DNA of 64,000 nucleotides from positions 832,001-896,000 of the forward strand of contig OZ219816.1 in assembly GCA_964291235.2 (NCBI GenBank). Reading direction: 5' to 3'. The translations under genes and the position numbers were made by a program. Under the pieces are notes generated by a model. The model saw nothing but the letters and a program-made list of their open reading frames with translations, had not been told where the DNA came from and ran no database searches. Each line of letters starts with the position of its first letter. Within the stretch, counting starts at the first letter, position 1. Shown in pieces: positions 59,248-64,000 of the stretch. The stretch is from Vicinamibacteria bacterium (lineage in GTDB: Bacteria; Acidobacteriota; Vicinamibacteria; Marinacidobacterales; Marinacidobacteraceae).

Positions 59248-59273
59248 GCTTCAATTATAGCCAATAGGCTATA
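59248..59273 (-). promoter_or_regulatory. TATAAT -10 with overlapping palindromic operator
   Basis: TATAAT (59259-59254) is 6 nt before GTG. TATAGCC-N4-GGCTATA at 59256-59273. Confidence 0.75.
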
Positions 59274-59287
59274 GGACTGCGGTTCCC

Positions 59288-60436
59288 TCAGACGACCTCC
59301 ACCACGTAGCGCTCGCGGATCAGCCGCCACGCCGACGCCGCGAAGGCGGTCAGCGGAATCGCCAGCAGCGTTCCGGTAAGCCCGCCAAGGGCGCTGCCCC
59401 AGAAGAGGACGGCGACGATGATCGCCATCCAGTGGAGTCCGGTCTGATCCCCCATGATCCGGGGCGTGAGGATCCAGCCCTCGATCAACTGCACCGTGAC
59501 GAGCACGCCGGCGGTGAGGGCCGCGAGCACGAGGCCGCCGTCCGGCTGGATCCAGGCGAGCGGCACTGCGACCGCGAATCCCACCGCGGTCCCCAGATAC
59601 GGAATGATGGTGAGGACGCCCAGCCCGAGGCCGATCACGAAGCCGTAGTCGAGGCCGATCGCGGTGAACCCGATCGCCACCAGCAACCCCTGGAGGAACG
59701 CCACCACGAGTTGGGCGCGGAAGAACACGATCAGGATCTTCACGAAGTCCCTGGTGAGCCGGGCCACGCTGTCGCGGGTGCGCGGTTTCAGGAACGGGAG
59801 GATGCGAGCCGGGTCGGTGGGCGGCGGCTCCCACACCAGGAAGAACCCGAAATAGAGCGGCAGTACCGCCCACGACAGCAGCGTGCCGACGCCCCGCAGG
59901 ATTCCGGCGCTTGCCGCCACCGCCTGCTCACCGACCCGGGCGAGTCCTTGCAACAGGGACGCCTGCTGGCTCAGCACGAAGTCCCGAATCTGCTGTCCCA
60001 CCGGGTGGTTCTCGAAAAAGTCCACGAAGGCCGGCGTCTCGGCCACCACCCAGGCGTAGGCGTTTTCGAGAAAGGTGGGCGCCCGCTGGACCAGGTCTGA
60101 GAGCTGCGTCGCGAGCAGGCGGCCGAAGATGAGGGCGAAGCCGGTGAGCACCGCGGCAACCGAGACGTACACCGCGATGAGCGCCGCCCAGGCGGGAAGC
60201 CGCAGCCGGGTCCGGAAGGCCTCGAACCAGGGCTTGAACACCAGCGCCGCGAGTCCTCCCACTGCCAGGGGCAGCAGCACGTGGGAAAAGGCGGAAACGA
60301 ACCGGTAGAGCAGCCAGACCACCCCGCAGACGGCGCCCAGGAGGACCGCCGAGGAGAGGACGATCAGCGCCGCCGCCCGCGGGTCGCCGGGGCGGGTACC
60401 GTCCGGCCCTGCCGCTGGATCCGTCCGTTCGTCCAT
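59288..60436 (-). CDS. AI-2E family transporter
   Basis: Multi-TM protein; IIPYLG, QLIEGWILTPRIMG...GLH, GTLLAIP. Confidence 0.9.
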   Translation of the reverse strand: MDERTDPAAGPDGTRPGDPRAAALIVLSSAVLLGAVCGVVWLLYRFVSAFSHVLLPLAVGGLAALVFKPWFEAFRTRLRLPAWAALIAVYVSVAAVLTGFALIFGRLLATQLSDLVQRAPTFLENAYAWVVAETPAFVDFFENHPVGQQIRDFVLSQQASLLQGLARVGEQAVAASAGILRGVGTLLSWAVLPLYFGFFLVWEPPPTDPARILPFLKPRTRDSVARLTRDFVKILIVFFRAQLVVAFLQGLLVAIGFTAIGLDYGFVIGLGLGVLTIIPYLGTAVGFAVAVPLAWIQPDGGLVLAALTAGVLVTVQLIEGWILTPRIMGDQTGLHWMAIIVAVLFWGSALGGLTGTLLAIPLTAFAASAWRLIRERYVVEVV

Positions 60437-60460
60437 TCGGGGCGCTTCTCCCGCGGGTCT

Positions 60461-61951
<1,491 letters not shown>

Positions 61952-61991
61952 TTCGGGCACGGGTTCCGGTCCTTTTGAAGATCGGTCGTGG

Positions 61992-62912
61992 TCAGCGCTG
62001 GTCTCGCCGGCGACCGCTGCCGAGGAAAGAAGTCATCAGGAATCCGCCGGCGAGGGCCGCGACGGCGGTAACGACCTGCATGCCGGTGGGGATGAAGAAT
62101 GCGCCGCCAACGCTCTGAAATGGCCAAAGACCCGCCGACGCTCCGAGCAGGAGCCCGAAGAGCACCCCGAGGGTTGCTTGCCGATGGGCGCCGAGGAAGT
62201 ATCGCACGAGCCTGGCGGCGGCGGCGATGCCCAGCACCATCCCGAAAAAGAACGGGACGACCCCGATTACGGCGGTGAGGAGCGGCGGTGGGTCGCCGCC
62301 GCGCATGCCGAGGGCGGCGGCCACGCGGTCCACGGCGTTCAGGAACGGCAGGTACATTCCCATCAGGAGCAGCAGGGTGCTGCCGCTGATTCCGGGCAGG
62401 ACCATGGCGAACGCCGCGATGGCGCCCGCCCCGAAGAGCGCCGGGGCCGAGGCCGCCAGCGTCGACGCTTCCGCCTCCGTCCGGGTCACGAGCAGGATCG
62501 GCACCACCACCGCCAGCGCCCCCACGACGGCGCCGGCGCCGAAGGTGCGATCGGGCGGTGACGCCATCCGCCAGAGCAGGGGAGCGCCGCCGAGCGTCAA
62601 ACCCAAAAACAGGGCGAAGAAGGCGACCGGCCAGGCGATGAAGGCGTCGCGCGCCGCGCCGGCCACCGCGAATACGGCGACCAGCGCGAATCCGACGGTG
62701 ACCAGCAGCCGGGACACCGACCCCCAGTGGAGGCGGCCCGCCGTGAGCTCGGCGACCGCGCCGATGAGTTCGGGATATACGCCGGCGGCCAGGATCATGG
62801 TGCCGCCGCTCACGCCGGGCACCAGACTGGCGAGGCCGGCAAGGATTCCCGCCGCCGCGCAGCGGGCGAGCGTCGTCGCCCGCGGCCGGGAGGGCGGCCT
62901 CTGTTCCGACAC
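61992..62912 (-). CDS. DUF368 family membrane protein
   Basis: VPGVSGGT and LPGISGS motifs. TACACT is 6 nt before GTG 62912. Confidence 0.85.
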   Translation of the reverse strand: MSEQRPPSRPRATTLARCAAAGILAGLASLVPGVSGGTMILAAGVYPELIGAVAELTAGRLHWGSVSRLLVTVGFALVAVFAVAGAARDAFIAWPVAFFALFLGLTLGGAPLLWRMASPPDRTFGAGAVVGALAVVVPILLVTRTEAEASTLAASAPALFGAGAIAAFAMVLPGISGSTLLLLMGMYLPFLNAVDRVAAALGMRGGDPPPLLTAVIGVVPFFFGMVLGIAAAARLVRYFLGAHRQATLGVLFGLLLGASAGLWPFQSVGGAFFIPTGMQVVTAVAALAGGFLMTSFLGSGRRRDQR

Positions 62913-62959
62913 GCGGTCAGTGTAGGGCGGGCCCGGGGCCGCCGCGCCACAATAGCCTC

Positions 62960-63586
62960 GTGTTCGCCGCCCGCGACCTGAAGATCCCCGGACTTCCGGC
63001 GCTCTCCTTCGCCGTGCCTCCCGGCGCGGTGCTCGCGGTCTCGGGCCCCTCGGGTTCGGGGAAGACCCGGCTGCTCCGGACCCTGGCGGACCTCGATCCG
63101 CAGACAGGCCACGTCTCCTGGTCGGGGCGATCATGCCGCGAGCTGCCGGCGCCCGAGTGGCGCCGGAAAGTGGGACTGCTGCCCGCCGAGCCGCGCTTCT
63201 GGCATCCCACCGTCGGTGCGCACTTCCCGGCGGAGGCGAACTCGCTCGGGGAGGAGTTCGCGTCGCTCGGCCTGGACCCGGAGGCGCGAAACGCCGATCC
63301 CACGCTGCTCTCCACCGGCGAGCGCTCCCGGATCGCGCTCCTGAGACTCCTGCTGCGGTCTCCGGAAGTGCTCCTCCTCGATGAACCTGCGACCAACCTC
63401 GACCAGGACAACCGGGCGCTCGTCATCGGAAGAATCGACCGGTACCGGAGAGACCACGGGGCTCCCGTCCTGTGGGCCTCGCACTTTGCGGAGGTAGTCG
63501 CCGCGGCCGATCAGGCCCTGGGACTCCCGGAAGGGGATGTGGCGCCTCCCCCCGCTCACGGCGCCGGCACGGAGCACCGTCCGTGA
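62960..63586 (+). CDS. ABC transporter ATP-binding protein (FetA/YbbL-like)
   Basis: GPSGSGKT, WRRKVG, LSTGE, LLLDEP. Confidence 0.82.
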   Translation: MFAARDLKIPGLPALSFAVPPGAVLAVSGPSGSGKTRLLRTLADLDPQTGHVSWSGRSCRELPAPEWRRKVGLLPAEPRFWHPTVGAHFPAEANSLGEEFASLGLDPEARNADPTLLSTGERSRIALLRLLLRSPEVLLLDEPATNLDQDNRALVIGRIDRYRRDHGAPVLWASHFAEVVAAADQALGLPEGDVAPPPAHGAGTEHRP

Positions 63587-64000
63587 TCCCCCTCAGCTAC
63601 GGGGACCTCGTCGCCGCGGCGGCCGCGGTGGTGGCGCTCGCGGTCGCCAACCGGATGGCGGGACTCGCGGTCTCGCGGCAGCTCCTCTGGCTGGCGGCGC
63701 GCGGATCGGCGCAGCTCCTGCTGCTGGGACTCGTGCTGCGCTTCGTTCTCGGAACAACGCAGCCGGTGATCGTCGGACTCATGGCGCTGTTCATGCTGGC
63801 GGTTGCGACGCGGGAGGTGAAGATCCGCCAGGCGCGGCCGCTCGCCGGACGGTGGGGCTACCTCAGCGGAGCGCTGGCGATGTTCCTTTCCTCCTTCCTG
63901 TTCACCGCCTTCGCGCTGGCCGCGGTGCTCGGGCCGGACCCCTGGTGGGCGCCCCGGTTTTCCATCCCGCTGCTCGGGATGCTGCTCGGCAACACCATGA
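63583..64000 (+). CDS. FetB/YbbM (UPF0014) family permease, partial
   Basis: Hand translation MIPLSYGDLV...ARGSAQLLLLGLVLRFV...PWWAPRFSIPLLGMLLGNTM. GTGA overlap with the ATPase gene; runs off the window edge. Confidence 0.8.
   Translation, partial: MIPLSYGDLVAAAAAVVALAVANRMAGLAVSRQLLWLAARGSAQLLLLGLVLRFVLGTTQPVIVGLMALFMLAVATREVKIRQARPLAGRWGYLSGALAMFLSSFLFTAFALAAVLGPDPWWAPRFSIPLLGMLLGNTM

Noticed and set aside
61952-61991. SAH/SAM riboswitch upstream of ahcY
   Set aside because: Only about 30-40 bp separate it from the upstream gene and no aptamer motif is visible.

Overview
GC-rich bacterial chromosome window, probably Acidobacteriota (inferred from gene content and order). It is mostly housekeeping: 2-oxoacid dehydrogenase E1, ispH, uvrB, purine salvage (hpt/PNP/NupC), thiolase-crotonase-ribH-nusB-lysS-lolE/D-clpC-bamA-skp-fabZ, miaA, recG, rsmD-coaD, icd-mdh-sucCD-ndk-dcd, nadK-ispA-xseB-xseA-carD-tpx and ahcY. 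The main result is an apparently complete IS110-family element (about 37036-38575). Its upstream non-coding region contains two internal-loop hairpins whose loop sequences match the reconstructed insertion target and the element's own circular junction, i.e. a readable bridge RNA with a CC core. Joining the element ends also creates a -35/-10 promoter with a 17-bp spacer. The insertion lies beside a covarying REP-like palindrome family. Other observations: a 181-bp MITE in a 5' UTR, recurrent leaderless promoters including an overlapping bidirectional pair, a tandem double-domain XseB, an HTH-nucleotidyltransferase pair with a palindromic operator, a probable CTG start for dcd, and a decayed accessory island at about 52.5-55.6 kb. 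All calls come from reading the sequence; no searches or folding programs were run.
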